From positions 1 through 27,286 of the forward strand of contig CAVPLM010000009.1 of assembly GCA_963706025.1 (NCBI GenBank): a stretch of DNA of 27,286 nt, given 5' to 3'. Shown here in pieces: positions 1 through 9,969 of this stretch. A model generated the notes under the pieces. The model saw only the letters and a program-made list of their open reading frames with translations, did not search any database and had not been told where the DNA came from. The stretch is from an uncultured Actinomycetes bacterium (GTDB lineage: Bacteria > Actinomycetota > Thermoleophilia > RBG-16-64-13). The position numbers were made by a program, and so were the translations under genes. Numbering within the stretch: position 1 is the stretch's first letter; every line of letters starts with the position of its first letter.

Positions 1-104
1 ATCAGGCCAAGCTGCAGGAGCTGAACGCCCGTATCGCCTTCGGCGGTGAAGATCCCCGGGCCGTAGCCACCTCCTACCTGGAGGCTAATGGGTTCCTCGA
101 ATAG
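1..104 (+). CDS. osmF: 3' end of glycine betaine/osmoprotectant ABC substrate-binding protein (OsmF/YehZ-like), partial
   Basis: Frame from nt 3 reads QAKLQELNARIAFGGEDPRAVATSYLEANGFLE*, like the YehZ/OsmF C-terminus; directly upstream of permease/ATPase/permease genes; TAG at 102-104. Confidence 0.8.
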   Translation, partial: QAKLQELNARIAFGGEDPRAVATSYLEANGFLE

Positions 105-1435
105 ACTCGGCCGCGGCCTCGGCCGGGGCGAGAGGCCCGCTGGGGCCGGGCGGGCCCGAGTTGGGCGGGCCCGGTTTGGGCGGACCAGCGCTGGGCGGGC
201 GAACGCTGAGCGCGCGAATGCCATCATCAGCGTCACAGGCGGGCTGATCGGAGCCCTCGCGCTCGGTTTCGCACCTTTTGTCTCGTTCCGGCCCAACCGC
301 ATCGTTGAGGGCGATCCAGCCTCGGCGGTGAGCGCCCTCGGGTTTGCGGGCTGGGTCGCGCTGGCCCTGATGCTGGTGGCCGGTCTGGCGGCGCCGGCCC
401 TCTGGAGCGGCCGGCGCGAGGGAAAAGCGGGCGAAAAAGGAATTCGGACCCCGGTCCGCGGCTTCTCCGGGGTGGTTCGGGGGCTGCTCGCCACAGCCGC
501 CCTGCTGCTCTTTCTGGCCGAGACGGGGGCGCGCGGCTTCCGAGTTCGCCGCCGGGCAGAGCCCGGCGGCGCGGACCTCGTTCGGGTGGGGCTTCTATGT
601 GTTCCTTTTCGCCCTGTTCCTTGTCCTGTTCGCCGCCTCAGCCGATACTCCGAGCCGGGCGGGCCGGATGGTCATAGGGCTGGCGCCGCTTCTGGGTATG
701 GTGTTGCTGGCTGCCTTCGGCGCGCTGAGCGAGCTCGGGATCGTGAGGGAGTGGGCATTGACGCGGGACGACTTCGGGCCCGAGCTGCCAGGCACCTGTT
801 CTATGCGCTGGGGGCGACCATCGGTGCGATCATCTTCGGGGTGCCCCTGGGCATCTGGGCGGCCCGGAGCAAGAAGGCCGAGACCGTCATCATGGGAGCC
901 TTGAGTCTCGGACAGGTACTGCCGGTTCTCGCTTTCGTCGGCATCATGATCCCCATCCTGGGGTCTCTCAGCGATCGGGTGCCACCACTCGAGGCCCTGG
1001 GCATCTCCGGCATCGGCTGGGCGCCGGTCATGGTGGTCCTGTTCATATACGCCCTCTTCCCGGTGACCCGGAACACGCTCGTCGCCATCCAACAGTTGGA
1101 CCCCGGGGTGGCTCGACTCCGCCAAGGGAATGGGCATGAGCCGGTGGCGCTCGCTCAAAGAGGTGGAGCTCCCCCTGGCCTTCCCAGTGGTGCTCGCCGG
1201 GATCCGGATCGCCCTCGTCCAGAGCACGGCGGGAGCGATCATCGCGGCCTTCGTCGGGGGAGGCGGCCTGGGCACCATCATGTTCATGGGCCTGGAGCAG
1301 ACGAGCATGGACCTGGTGTTGGTGGGAGTGATCCCCATCGTGGTCCTGGCGTTGTTCTTCGACACGCTGCTCCGGGGCGTCGAGCGCCTGAGCGCCGGCG
1401 GACGACAGATCGACACGGACCTGAGCGGCGCATGA
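88..1435 (+). CDS. yehY: Osmoprotectant ABC transporter permease (YehY-like), three apparent frameshifts
   Basis: PFVSFRPNRIVEG, ARTSFGWGFY, ELARHLFYAL and EAA-loop DSAKGMGMSRWRSLKEVELPLAFP appear after correcting +G (~527), -G (~788), +G (~1110); stop TGA overlaps next ATG (ATGA 1432-1435). Confidence 0.8.
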
Positions 1436-2370
1436 TCGAGCTTCGAAACGTTACCAAGCGGTTTGGAGAGACCGTCGCGGTCGATAGCGTGTCGCTGACG
1501 ATCCCCGACGGAGAGCTGACCATCGTGCTCGGACCGAGCGGGTGCGGTAAGACCACGCTCCTACGCGCCATCAACCGCATGGTCGAGATCGACGCAGGTG
1601 AGGTGCTCATCGATGGTCGCTCCATCAACACCGTCGCGCCGGAGGAGTTACGGCGTCACATCGGTTACGCCATCCAGAGCGTGGGCCTCTTCCCCCACAT
1701 GTCGGTGGGGCGGAACATCGCCACCGTCCCCCGGCTTCTACGCTGGGACGCAGACCGGATCGAAAAGCGGGTCGCCGAACTGCTCGAACTCGTGGGGCTC
1801 GATCCGGCCGTGTACGCGGAAAAACGGCCGAGCGAGCTCTCCGGAGGCGAGGCGCAGCGCGTCGGGGTCGCCCGATCTCTGGCAGCCGATCCGCCGGTGC
1901 TGCTCATGGACGAGCCCTTCGGGGCACTCGACCCCATAAGCAGGGAACGGCTCCAGCGCGAGTTCGCAGACCTGCACCGCCGGCTGGGAAAGACGGTGGT
2001 CTTCGTCACCCATGACATCGAGGAGGCGGTCATCCTGGGCGACCGCATCGTGCTCATGCGGGACGGCCGCATCGTCCAGGTAGGGGCGCCGGAGGAGTTG
2101 TGGCTCACTCCAGACCAGCAGTTCGTCCGCGACTTCTTCGGGGATGAGTTCGGACTGCGCATACTCTCGCGGCACCGGGTCTCGGATCTGACACTTGGGC
2201 CTGCACCAACGGGTGAAGCCCCTCGGGTCCTTCCCGAGACCAACCTGCGCGACGTCCTTGCCATCATGGTCCTCGAAAGCGCCGATCAGGTCGCAGTCGT
2301 CACCGATGGGCAGGTGACCGGCGGGCTTACCTTCTGCGAAGTCGTGACGCAGGTGAGGCGGGCTTCATGA
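1432..2370 (+). CDS. yehX: Osmoprotectant ABC transporter ATP-binding protein (YehX/OsmV-like)
   Basis: MIELRNVTKRFG start, Walker A GPSGCGKTT, LSGGEAQRVG, Walker B LLMDEPFGALD, H-loop VTHD, degenerate CBS-like tail. Confidence 0.93.
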   Translation: MIELRNVTKRFGETVAVDSVSLTIPDGELTIVLGPSGCGKTTLLRAINRMVEIDAGEVLIDGRSINTVAPEELRRHIGYAIQSVGLFPHMSVGRNIATVPRLLRWDADRIEKRVAELLELVGLDPAVYAEKRPSELSGGEAQRVGVARSLAADPPVLLMDEPFGALDPISRERLQREFADLHRRLGKTVVFVTHDIEEAVILGDRIVLMRDGRIVQVGAPEELWLTPDQQFVRDFFGDEFGLRILSRHRVSDLTLGPAPTGEAPRVLPETNLRDVLAIMVLESADQVAVVTDGQVTGGLTFCEVVTQVRRAS

Positions 2371-3083
2371 CCACGTATACCCCCGGGATCCGGCGGAACT
2401 GGCGGAGCGTTTTGGTGATGGTGCTGTTTCTGCTGGTCTGGACGTTCTACACTCCTGGGGTGGAGCGGCTGCTGGGATTGTTCTTTCCGAACGAAGATCC
2501 GCTCGTGTACGACCGCTCGCCTCTGTGGACCTTCCTACTGGAGCACCTCGTGTTGGTCGCCATCGGGGGCGTCGTCGCGATCGTCATCGGCGTGGCGGCC
2601 GGGATATTCATCATGAGCCCGCTCGGACGGCCGTTCCGTGACCTGGTGCTCCGAATCGCCAATTTTGGGCAGTCGATACCTTCGGTGGCCATCATGGCCA
2701 TCGCCGTCCCGGCCATAGGTTATGGCTCCGAGCCGGTCCTCCTAGCTCTGATCATCTACAGCATCCTGCCGGTGATGGTGAACGTGGTGGCCGGCATCAC
2801 CGGGGTGCCGCAGGCCGTGGTCGAAGCCGGCAAGGGCATGGGCATGACCCGCAGGGAGGGATTGCTCCAGCTCGAGCTGCCGCTGGCCCTGCCCGTCATC
2901 ATGACCGGGGTGCGGACCATGCTGGTCATCCTCGTGAGCGCCGCGACCCTGGGAGCGGTGGTGGGGGCCGGCGGTCTGGGAGTCCCCATAATGTCGGGGA
3001 TCGGCTCGTTCAACAACGCCATCGTGGCATACGGGGCGGTCCCGGCCATCCTGTTGGCCCTTATCTTCGACCGGGCGCTCTAG
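2367..3083 (+). CDS. yehW: Osmoprotectant ABC transporter permease (YehW-like)
   Basis: Hydrophobic 238 aa; GQSIPSVA, EAGKGMGMT EAA loop, GAGGLG; ATGA coupling to ATPase. Confidence 0.9.
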   Translation: MTTYTPGIRRNWRSVLVMVLFLLVWTFYTPGVERLLGLFFPNEDPLVYDRSPLWTFLLEHLVLVAIGGVVAIVIGVAAGIFIMSPLGRPFRDLVLRIANFGQSIPSVAIMAIAVPAIGYGSEPVLLALIIYSILPVMVNVVAGITGVPQAVVEAGKGMGMTRREGLLQLELPLALPVIMTGVRTMLVILVSAATLGAVVGAGGLGVPIMSGIGSFNNAIVAYGAVPAILLALIFDRAL

Positions 3084-3125
3084 GTCGACCGGCGCTCAGG
3101 CCCGGCGCCGCCCAGCCCCAGGCCT

Positions 3126-5324
3126 TTAGGTCAGACCCACTCCCGCGGGATCGTGTGGGTCCGCGTCTTGGTGAGGACCAGGTGCCTCGGCCTCGTAGGC
3201 GGAGTACTCCTCGTTCACGTAGAAGCTCCGCTCGTCGCAGGTCATCTCACCGGCGATCGTCACCCGCCAATCCACCCCGGAGCCTGCCGAGCGCGTCTCC
3301 CGCTCGCAGCGGACCGTCGCCGACAAGGGCTCGTCCTCGACGATGGCGAATACGTCCGTGGCCAAATCCGTGTAGCGAGCACCGGTGGCCGGGATGATGC
3401 GCTCGTGCTCCTCGTGATCGACGATCTCGTGGCGCCGGCTCACACCGTCGACCGTGATCGTCCGCGACCGCTCGTCGCGTCGAGCGTCCTGCGGGTCCGC
3501 GGCCCCGACGCCAGTCCCGCCGCCGAGTCCGGCCACTTCCGCGGCAGCGAACGCCGGCACCGCTTCATCCGCCCGCTCGGCGCCCTCTGGCGGCTCCTGT
3601 CTCCTGACCGGCAGATCGAACGTGCTCGAGCCGTCGACCGCGAGCTTCAACTCGACCGGCTCTGGAGAAGGCCAGGCATGAGGCCAGTACGTGGGTGAAA
3701 GTGCCAGCCGAATGCGATGGCCGACATCGAAGCGGTGCCCGCAGACGCGGGATTCGACCGCGACGTCATACCAGCGGCCCGGGTCCAGAGGCCTCGGGGC
3801 TTCGTGGCTGTCGCGATGAGTCAGGTTCAGCATGCCCCAGCTCACCAGTAGCGAGGCCCCGTCCGGCGCAGCGTCCTCCAGCCGGATGGCGACGAGCGCG
3901 CAGGGGCGGTCTACACTCAGGCGCAGTCGCGCCAGCGGGAAACCGAGAACCTCGACAGGTGTCTCCAGCGGCACTGTGGTGAAGCAGAGGGAGCGCGCGT
4001 CATCGGGTGATTGGTCGCCACCGATCTCGTCGGGGTTGCCGTTGGCGCACCACACACCGGCTGTTTCGCCGCATTCCTGCCGGCCGCGGATCGCGACCTC
4101 GGAGAATCGGACACCCGCCGGGGCCGCCAAGGGCCCAGAGTCACCCGCCGAGGACCCGCCCGGGGTGGCGGCGCCCGCGCCCGGAGCAATGACCCGGCTG
4201 GTGATCTGGGCGTCCGCGGCGCCCCGGGCGGCGCCAGGAGTCGCCGCCGGCGTAAGATCTCCGCTGCTCCCCAACAGGAAGGACATGTGTCCGACCGTCG
4301 CCGGCGGCCAAGAAGCCTCACCGATCCAGCGGCCGGGTCGCACCGAGTGAAACGTGGCCGGGGTCACGTACTCCTGCATCCATATCCTCACACGCGGCCC
4401 GTCCATGATCCCCGAGTCGATCCCCTTGAGCCACTGGTCCCACCAGCGCACCGCTTCTTGCAGGAAACCGATGGCCGGACCCGGCACTCCTTCGTAGGGC
4501 ATCATGTGCCCCCAGGGACCGATCAGACCCAGGCGGGGGACCGTCAGATGCTCGAGAAGCCGCGGTACCGCGTTGGTGTAGGCGTCGGCCCAGCCGCCGA
4601 CGACCATGACCGGGCACCGGATCGCGCCGTAGTCCTCCGCCACCGAGCCGTGCTTCCAGAATGCGTCCTTGAGCTGATGCGATACCCAGTCGCCTGCCAA
4701 CTCCGGCGCATTCTCGAGACGGTTGAGCCACATCTCGCGCCAGCGCTCGCCCACGAAACGGGGGTCCGGCGGTTGCAGCGTGTAGCAGAGCATCGAAGAA
4801 GCCCACTTGAGCATGTCCGAACCCAGCAGGCACCCGCCCATGTAATGGCAGTCGTCCAGGTAGCGGTCATCGGTGGAGGCGATCGTGATGACGGCCTTGA
4901 GCTGAGGCGGACGGCGGGCTGCCACCTGTAGGCCGTTGAAGCCACCCCAGGAGTACCCGATCATACCCACGTCACCGGTGCACCAGGGCTGGTCCGCCAG
5001 CCATCCCAGGACCTCGAGGGCGTCGTCCTGCTCCTGCGCTAGATACTCGCCCCGCAGCAGCCCGTCTGAGTCACCGGTCCCCCGCAGGTCTACCCGAACC
5101 GCCGCGTAGCCGCACCCGGCGAAGTAGGGATGACGCTGGGCGTCGGCCGCGGCAGTGGCGTCGTCCTTACGATAGGGGAGATACTCCAGAACGGCCGGCA
5201 CCGGGGATCGGAGGGCGCCTACCGGCATCCAGACACGTGCAGCCAGACGAGTCCCATCCCGGAGCGGGATCCACGCATTCTCGATCTCTCGAATCTGGTG
5301 GGGGAAAGCCGTCCTTGCCTGCAT
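3126..5324 (-). CDS. CocE/NonD family hydrolase (peptidase S15 / PepX_C)
   Basis: DGTRLAARVW, LEYLPYRK, VDLRGTGDSDG, nucleophile GYSWGG, GGWADAY, GPWGH. Probable frameshift ~3185; the alternative frame LVLTKTRTHTIPREWV* (stop 3131) looks like the true end. Confidence 0.92.
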   Translation of the reverse strand: MQARTAFPHQIREIENAWIPLRDGTRLAARVWMPVGALRSPVPAVLEYLPYRKDDATAAADAQRHPYFAGCGYAAVRVDLRGTGDSDGLLRGEYLAQEQDDALEVLGWLADQPWCTGDVGMIGYSWGGFNGLQVAARRPPQLKAVITIASTDDRYLDDCHYMGGCLLGSDMLKWASSMLCYTLQPPDPRFVGERWREMWLNRLENAPELAGDWVSHQLKDAFWKHGSVAEDYGAIRCPVMVVGGWADAYTNAVPRLLEHLTVPRLGLIGPWGHMMPYEGVPGPAIGFLQEAVRWWDQWLKGIDSGIMDGPRVRIWMQEYVTPATFHSVRPGRWIGEASWPPATVGHMSFLLGSSGDLTPAATPGAARGAADAQITSRVIAPGAGAATPGGSSAGDSGPLAAPAGVRFSEVAIRGRQECGETAGVWCANGNPDEIGGDQSPDDARSLCFTTVPLETPVEVLGFPLARLRLSVDRPCALVAIRLEDAAPDGASLLVSWGMLNLTHRDSHEAPRPLDPGRWYDVAVESRVCGHRFDVGHRIRLALSPTYWPHAWPSPEPVELKLAVDGSSTFDLPVRRQEPPEGAERADEAVPAFAAAEVAGLGGGTGVGAADPQDARRDERSRTITVDGVSRRHEIVDHEEHERIIPATGARYTDLATDVFAIVEDEPLSATVRCERETRSAGSGVDWRVTIAGEMTCDERSFYVNEEYSAYEAEAPGPHQDADPHDPAGVGLT

Positions 5325-5441
5325 GGCAAGCAGTGTTCCCCATCCGTCCGGCGATCACACTCCGGCGGTCACACTCGATATCTCGAGATCATCGCCCTGG
5401 CGGCGCCGGCGGAAACGATGAGCTTTGGCTCGCGGGGGTGA

Positions 5442-6173
5442 CTACTGCCAGTCGATCGAAGCGTCGAGAATCGCTTTGGCGTCGTTCTCCTCGGAGCGGT
5501 AGAGCTGCTTGGAGTCGGGCTGGCGACCGCGACGGTCGTCGACTTCGGCGCTCATCGCCCGCCACAGGCATACATCGTTCTTGAGGTGCTTGGCCTTGAT
5601 CTCCGGAGAGCACTCCTCGCTCAGAGGGCACGCGTAGCATATTTCCTCACCCACGACGATCGCACGCTTACGCGCGCACTCGCCCTCGTCGATGCGCCGT
5701 TGCGCCTGGGCGAGAAGCTCATGCACGTCACCCTGGATCGCGACCTCGAAGTGAGGCATCTGCTCGGGTTCGTCGTAGATGAAGACGCCGTTCTGCCAAT
5801 GGGCAAGCTCGAACACCAGGTCGTGCGTCTGCCAACGCATGACCTCGCAGATCTCCATTTCGCTCGCGAGCCCCTTCTCGACAAGGCGCTGCCCGAGCGG
5901 CTTCCCCCTCTTCTCTTCGTGGGTCAGCGCCGCATCCTCCATGAGAACCTCAGCCAACTGCTGCAGGCTCAGACAGCCCACCTCTACGAGGCGCCTTCCC
6001 AGCTTCTCGTCGCTGATGGGCAACGATATCCCTTCCACCCGGCCGTCGACCAGGTAGATGAACCCGTACTCCTCGAAATCGTGGACCTCGAGAACGCCCG
6101 TGGCCTCGTTCTGGGCAAGGAACTGCAAGACACTCGTCAGTTTGAACCTTTGGATCGATCCCTCGAGTAGCAT
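5442..6173 (-). CDS. DUF4388 (PatA N-terminal-like) domain protein with Cys-rich C-terminal tail
   Basis: LEGSIQRFKLTSVLQFL..ATGVLEV..GFIYLVDGRV, KLGRRLV, PLGQRLVEKG, LAHWQNGVFIY; GGAGG RBS supports ATG 6173 (ORF track starts GTG 6197). Confidence 0.8.
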   Translation of the reverse strand: MLLEGSIQRFKLTSVLQFLAQNEATGVLEVHDFEEYGFIYLVDGRVEGISLPISDEKLGRRLVEVGCLSLQQLAEVLMEDAALTHEEKRGKPLGQRLVEKGLASEMEICEVMRWQTHDLVFELAHWQNGVFIYDEPEQMPHFEVAIQGDVHELLAQAQRRIDEGECARKRAIVVGEEICYACPLSEECSPEIKAKHLKNDVCLWRAMSAEVDDRRGRQPDSKQLYRSEENDAKAILDASIDWQ

Positions 6174-6209
6174 CGCCGTGCCTCCGTAGGCTTTCACCTT
6201 CTCTTCGGC

Positions 6210-6237
6210 TTATCGGCAGTATGCAGGGAGAGGCTTA
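6210..6237 (-). promoter_or_regulatory. sigma28 (FliA/WhiG)-type promoter for the DUF4388 gene
   Basis: Minus strand TAAG-N16-GCCGATAA, exact -10 consensus, 36 nt upstream of ATG 6173. Confidence 0.75.
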
Positions 6238-6346
6238 GCCGGCCAAGCCACGCGGCTCGGCAGGGGATCTCTACGAGAGTGGGTCGCACGACCGGCCTGG
6301 TGACGTCACCCCCACTTCACTCGAAGCGACCAAGCTGTCAAAGTAG

Positions 6347-7303
6347 ATGGCCGCAGGCGAACATGCGGGGCAAGAGGAGGCAGGGCGAGATCATGCTGGG
6401 CAAGACGATGCTCGTGACCAGATGACGCCGGGATTCTGGGGCTCCCTTTCGGCTCTGTCCTGGGGAACCGCCGACTTCCTCGCCCGCTTCACCGGCCGGG
6501 CCGTGGGCTTCGTGAACGCCTTGCTGGCCTTGCTGGTGATCAGTCTGGTGTTCCTGGGCCTGTGGATGGTCGCCAGCGGCACCGCATTCGTGTGGAGCCT
6601 GACCACGTTCTTGCTCCTCGTCCTGGCCGGCCTCTCGTTCCTGGTGGGGTACCTGTTCTTCTACAGGGCCCTGGTCTGGGGGCCGGTGACCCTCGTCGCC
6701 CCCATCGCGGGAAGCTATCCGGCAATGGTGGTGCTCATCGCGGTGATTCTGGGCAGCCGGCCGAGCGCCCTCCAGTGGACGGGTACCTTTCTCACCCTGG
6801 TAGGCGTGGTCGTAGTGGCCAGGGGAGGTGGCGAGGTCGAAACAGGGCATACGACGACCCCCGTCGGCCGCTCACCATCGCGGAAGCGGACGACCGCCGC
6901 TTCCGTGGCCGCCGCTATCAGCTTCGCGGCTGTGATCAGCATCACCCAGGAGGTCGTGACCGAGGTCGGCACCCTCCAGACCTTGTGGGTCCCCCGGGCG
7001 GTGGCCCTTGTAGTCCTGGTGGCGGTCCTGACCGTCGGATGGGCCCGGGGGCGGCCTCGTCCCACAATCCCTCGACGGTGGTGGCCCGTGCTGACTGTCC
7101 AGGCCGGCTTAGACACGGCTGGGTACCTCACGCTCTATCTCGCCTCCTCCGGCCCGAATCCGGAGATAGCGGCCATGGCCTCCTCCGCATACTATGTGGT
7201 CACGGTGCTGCTCGGCCGCGTGATACTGAAGGAACGCGTGAGCCTCCCCCAAATGGGCGGCATCGGGCTGGTGTTCGTGGGAGTCCTCCTCCTGTCGGCC
7301 TAG
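6347..7303 (+). CDS. EamA/DMT family transporter
   Basis: Two hydrophobic repeats; ALSWGTADFLAR, GPVTLVAPIAGSYP, LKERVSLPQMGGI; start may be ATG 6422. Confidence 0.88.
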   Translation: MAAGEHAGQEEAGRDHAGQDDARDQMTPGFWGSLSALSWGTADFLARFTGRAVGFVNALLALLVISLVFLGLWMVASGTAFVWSLTTFLLLVLAGLSFLVGYLFFYRALVWGPVTLVAPIAGSYPAMVVLIAVILGSRPSALQWTGTFLTLVGVVVVARGGGEVETGHTTTPVGRSPSRKRTTAASVAAAISFAAVISITQEVVTEVGTLQTLWVPRAVALVVLVAVLTVGWARGRPRPTIPRRWWPVLTVQAGLDTAGYLTLYLASSGPNPEIAAMASSAYYVVTVLLGRVILKERVSLPQMGGIGLVFVGVLLLSA

Positions 7304-7524
7304 AGACTCCGCGAGGGCCCGGTCGGGTCTGCCACAGTGGGAGAGATTCCAAGCGTGGAAGGCCCCGTTCCGGGGTAGAGTGACCCGGTGATTCGAAGAA
7401 CCCTCGGGAAAGGAGCACTCGGGGTCATGACGACTCCACTCGACTCGGTCATGGCGGCGGACCCCCGAGTCGTCCGCCTTGATCGACATCTTTTGCTCCG
7501 GTCAGGGCAATCCCGGATGATCTG

Positions 7525-8451
7525 GTGGGTGACGTGAGAGCCGGTGCAGTAGCCAACAAGGCTTCTCTGCTCTTCGACTTCTCGCACAGTCGTCAAGCGC
7601 TCCTCTCCGTTGCCCAACCTGCGCTCGGAGCCTTCATCGCTCAAGGAGGGTTCCCGACGCTGCGCGTCATAGGTCTGGGATTCGTCGCCTCGCTGGCGGG
7701 GATGCTGTCCGTCTATGCCTCCAACGATCTGCTGGATCTGCGGACCGATCGGAAGGCCGTCAATCTGCCGACCTCTCCCAAAGTCGCCGAAGTCTACGAC
7801 GTGGACGTCATGAGCGTGCGCCACCCGGTCGCTCTCGGCGTGCTCTCCACTCGTCTCGCGGTTGCCTGGGTCGTCGGTCTCGGCTTGGTCGCGCTGGTCT
7901 TCGCCTACCTGCTGCGACCTGGCTGTGCGGCCATGTTCGTTGGCTGCGTCGTCCTCGAGGCCATATACTGCGCGCTCAAGCACCGGACTTGGCTCAAGAC
8001 CATCCCCGGTGGAGCCATGGTGGGTCTGGGAGGGTTGGCCGGATGGTACGCGGTGGGAGACATGGACCTCTACGCCCTCGCGTTCTTTGTCCTGCTCACT
8101 TTCTGGGAGATCTTCGGGCGGAACTTGACAAACGACTTGGCGGACCTGTCCCACGATGCCCCCCTCGGCATCAGAACCCTCGCCGCAGTGCACGGCCCGG
8201 AGTGGGCCGCCAGGGCGAGCTTCGCGGGGACGATCGCGATCCTGCCGGTGGCCGCACTGCAACAAGGCAGTCTCGTGCTCCGTCTTCTGCTGGTGGTGGC
8301 GGCAGCCTGGACGATGACCCTTCCTGCCTACGGACTGGTTCGCGCTCCCGGTGAGCGAGCAGCCCAGCGCATGTTCAACCGAGCAAGCTTCTTCCCGCCG
8401 TTGGCCTTCTTGGCTACTGTGGTCTTCTTCGCCATACGAGGTGTCCTATGA
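7525..8451 (+). CDS. ubiA: UbiA family prenyltransferase (quinone biosynthesis)
   Basis: Asp-rich motifs NDLLDLRTD and NDLADLSHD..GIRTL, multiple TM segments, coupled to a UbiE-like gene; true start may be ATG 7427 through a frameshift. Confidence 0.82.
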   Translation: MGDVRAGAVANKASLLFDFSHSRQALLSVAQPALGAFIAQGGFPTLRVIGLGFVASLAGMLSVYASNDLLDLRTDRKAVNLPTSPKVAEVYDVDVMSVRHPVALGVLSTRLAVAWVVGLGLVALVFAYLLRPGCAAMFVGCVVLEAIYCALKHRTWLKTIPGGAMVGLGGLAGWYAVGDMDLYALAFFVLLTFWEIFGRNLTNDLADLSHDAPLGIRTLAAVHGPEWAARASFAGTIAILPVAALQQGSLVLRLLLVVAAAWTMTLPAYGLVRAPGERAAQRMFNRASFFPPLAFLATVVFFAIRGVL

Positions 8452-9233
8452 CCCTGCGCAGCAGATCACATCGGCGTCTACGCCCGCCGCGGCGGGAGAC
8501 CCGCGCTCCGACGGATTCGACCTATCTTAGGGATCTTTTCGGCGCAAGCGCCCGCTATTACGAGCGGGTGAACATGGTGACCAGTCTGGGACAGGTGGTC
8601 CTTTGGCGGAGGGAGGTGATCAGAGCAGCTCGCCTGCGTCCGACCGATCGAGTGTTGGATGCGTTCTGCGGCCCGGGGGCTCTGGCCGAGCAGGCATTTG
8701 CGCTGCTGGGCAGCGAGGGCCGGCTGGTTTTGGCCGACCTCAGTCCGGTCATGCTCCATCATGCGAGAATGCGTCTCGAGCAAGCGGGCGCGGGCCGGCC
8801 CGGCTCTCACCCACCGGTCGAGTACGTTGCCGGAGATCTGCTGCGCGACGACTTGGGCCTGAGAGACTTCGACGCCGTGATCCTGGGTTGGGGCCTCCGC
8901 TACGTGGAGGACGTGCACGCGGCCCTGACCCGCATGCACGCTTTTCTGCGACCGGAGGGTCGCCTGGTGATCCTGGAGTTCACCCGCCCACCGTCGATCA
9001 GTTGGGCTACTCCCGCCCACCTATACTTCCGGTACATCCTGCCGAAAGTGGGCTCCTGGCTGGCTCGAGACAGGGAGTTGCACGAGTACCTCCAGGTCTC
9101 GGCTGCCGAATTCCTCAGCGCCACCGAACTCATGCGGGCCGTTGAGCAGGCCGGATTCGCAGTGATCTACCACCGGACCCACATTGACGGGCTCGTCACC
9201 ATCCTCACGGCGGTGGCAACGCGGGCACGGTGA
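8448..9233 (+). CDS. ubiE: UbiE/MenG family quinone C-methyltransferase
   Basis: LFGASARYYERVNMVTSLG..LWRR, SAM motif VLDAFCGPG, DLSPVML, GWGLRYV, LRPEGRLVILEF, YLQVSAAEF. Confidence 0.82.
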   Translation: MTLRSRSHRRLRPPRRETRAPTDSTYLRDLFGASARYYERVNMVTSLGQVVLWRREVIRAARLRPTDRVLDAFCGPGALAEQAFALLGSEGRLVLADLSPVMLHHARMRLEQAGAGRPGSHPPVEYVAGDLLRDDLGLRDFDAVILGWGLRYVEDVHAALTRMHAFLRPEGRLVILEFTRPPSISWATPAHLYFRYILPKVGSWLARDRELHEYLQVSAAEFLSATELMRAVEQAGFAVIYHRTHIDGLVTILTAVATRAR

Positions 9234-9247
9234 AGGTATCAGCCGAG

Positions 9248-9952
9248 CTATTCTCGGAAACCCAGCGTGCGGGCAAGCTCGACGAGTATCCCCGCTGTGG
9301 CTCCCCAGATGCGGTGGCCCGGGTAGGGTAGGACGTAGAAGTGGCGGCGCGGGCCGGCCTGGACGATGCTCCCGCGGTGATGGTTCGCCGGGTCGAGCAC
9401 GAAGCTCAGAGGTACCTCGAAGATCTCGGCCACCTCGCGCCTGTCAGGCTCGAACTCGACCGGGGGCTCGATCCAACCGACGAAGGGATACACCTGGAAG
9501 CCCGTGACTGTCTCGTGGGGTGGGAGGCAACCCAAGATCTCCACCCTCTCTGGAGCCAAGCCGATCTCCTCGAAGGCCTCGCGCAGAGCGGCCCCCGCAG
9601 GACCGTCGTCATCGGCTTCGACCCGGCCTCCGGGCAGGCTGATCTCCGCCGGGTGATTGTTCAGGTCGGCGGTCCGCTGGGTCAGGATGATCGACGGGCC
9701 CTCAGGATGCCCGAGCAACCCGATCAGGACCGCCGCGGGGATCCCTTGCGCCGCCGGCGACCCCGACTGCCCGGCCGACCCCGGGGGCTCGGCCAACCCC
9801 GAGCTCCCGGCAGGCCCCGAGCTCCCGGCCGGCGGACATGTGCCGTGTAGCAGACGCCGCAGTTCTTCCCGGTCTGGCGGTCGACCGCTCGATCCCGGCG
9901 AAATCCGCAGTTCTGGCCTGTCCTTGCTCGCGGGAATAGATCCCCTCCTCAC
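9248..9952 (-). CDS. CoA pyrophosphatase, Nudix family (NudL/YeaB-like)
   Basis: AAVLIGL, ILTQRTADLNNHPAEISLPGG, Nudix box AALREAFEEIGL, IWGATAGIL; start uncertain (GTG 9952); appears fused to the upstream gene only through a frameshift. Confidence 0.88.
   Translation of the reverse strand: MRRGSIPASKDRPELRISPGSSGRPPDREELRRLLHGTCPPAGSSGPAGSSGLAEPPGSAGQSGSPAAQGIPAAVLIGLLGHPEGPSIILTQRTADLNNHPAEISLPGGRVEADDDGPAGAALREAFEEIGLAPERVEILGCLPPHETVTGFQVYPFVGWIEPPVEFEPDRREVAEIFEVPLSFVLDPANHHRGSIVQAGPRRHFYVLPYPGHRIWGATAGILVELARTLGFRE
9797..9832. repeat. 18-bp tandem duplication (PAGSSG x2) in the Nudix N-terminal region
   Basis: ccccgagctcccggcagg / ccccgagctcccggccgg. Confidence 0.8.
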
Positions 9953-9969
9953 CTGCCGCGCCCCCGACG

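Noticed and set aside
88-2370. 760-aa permease-ATPase fusion
   Set aside because: Produced by frameshifts; the permease ends at 1435 and the ATPase has its own ATG at 1432, with non-homologous residues between.
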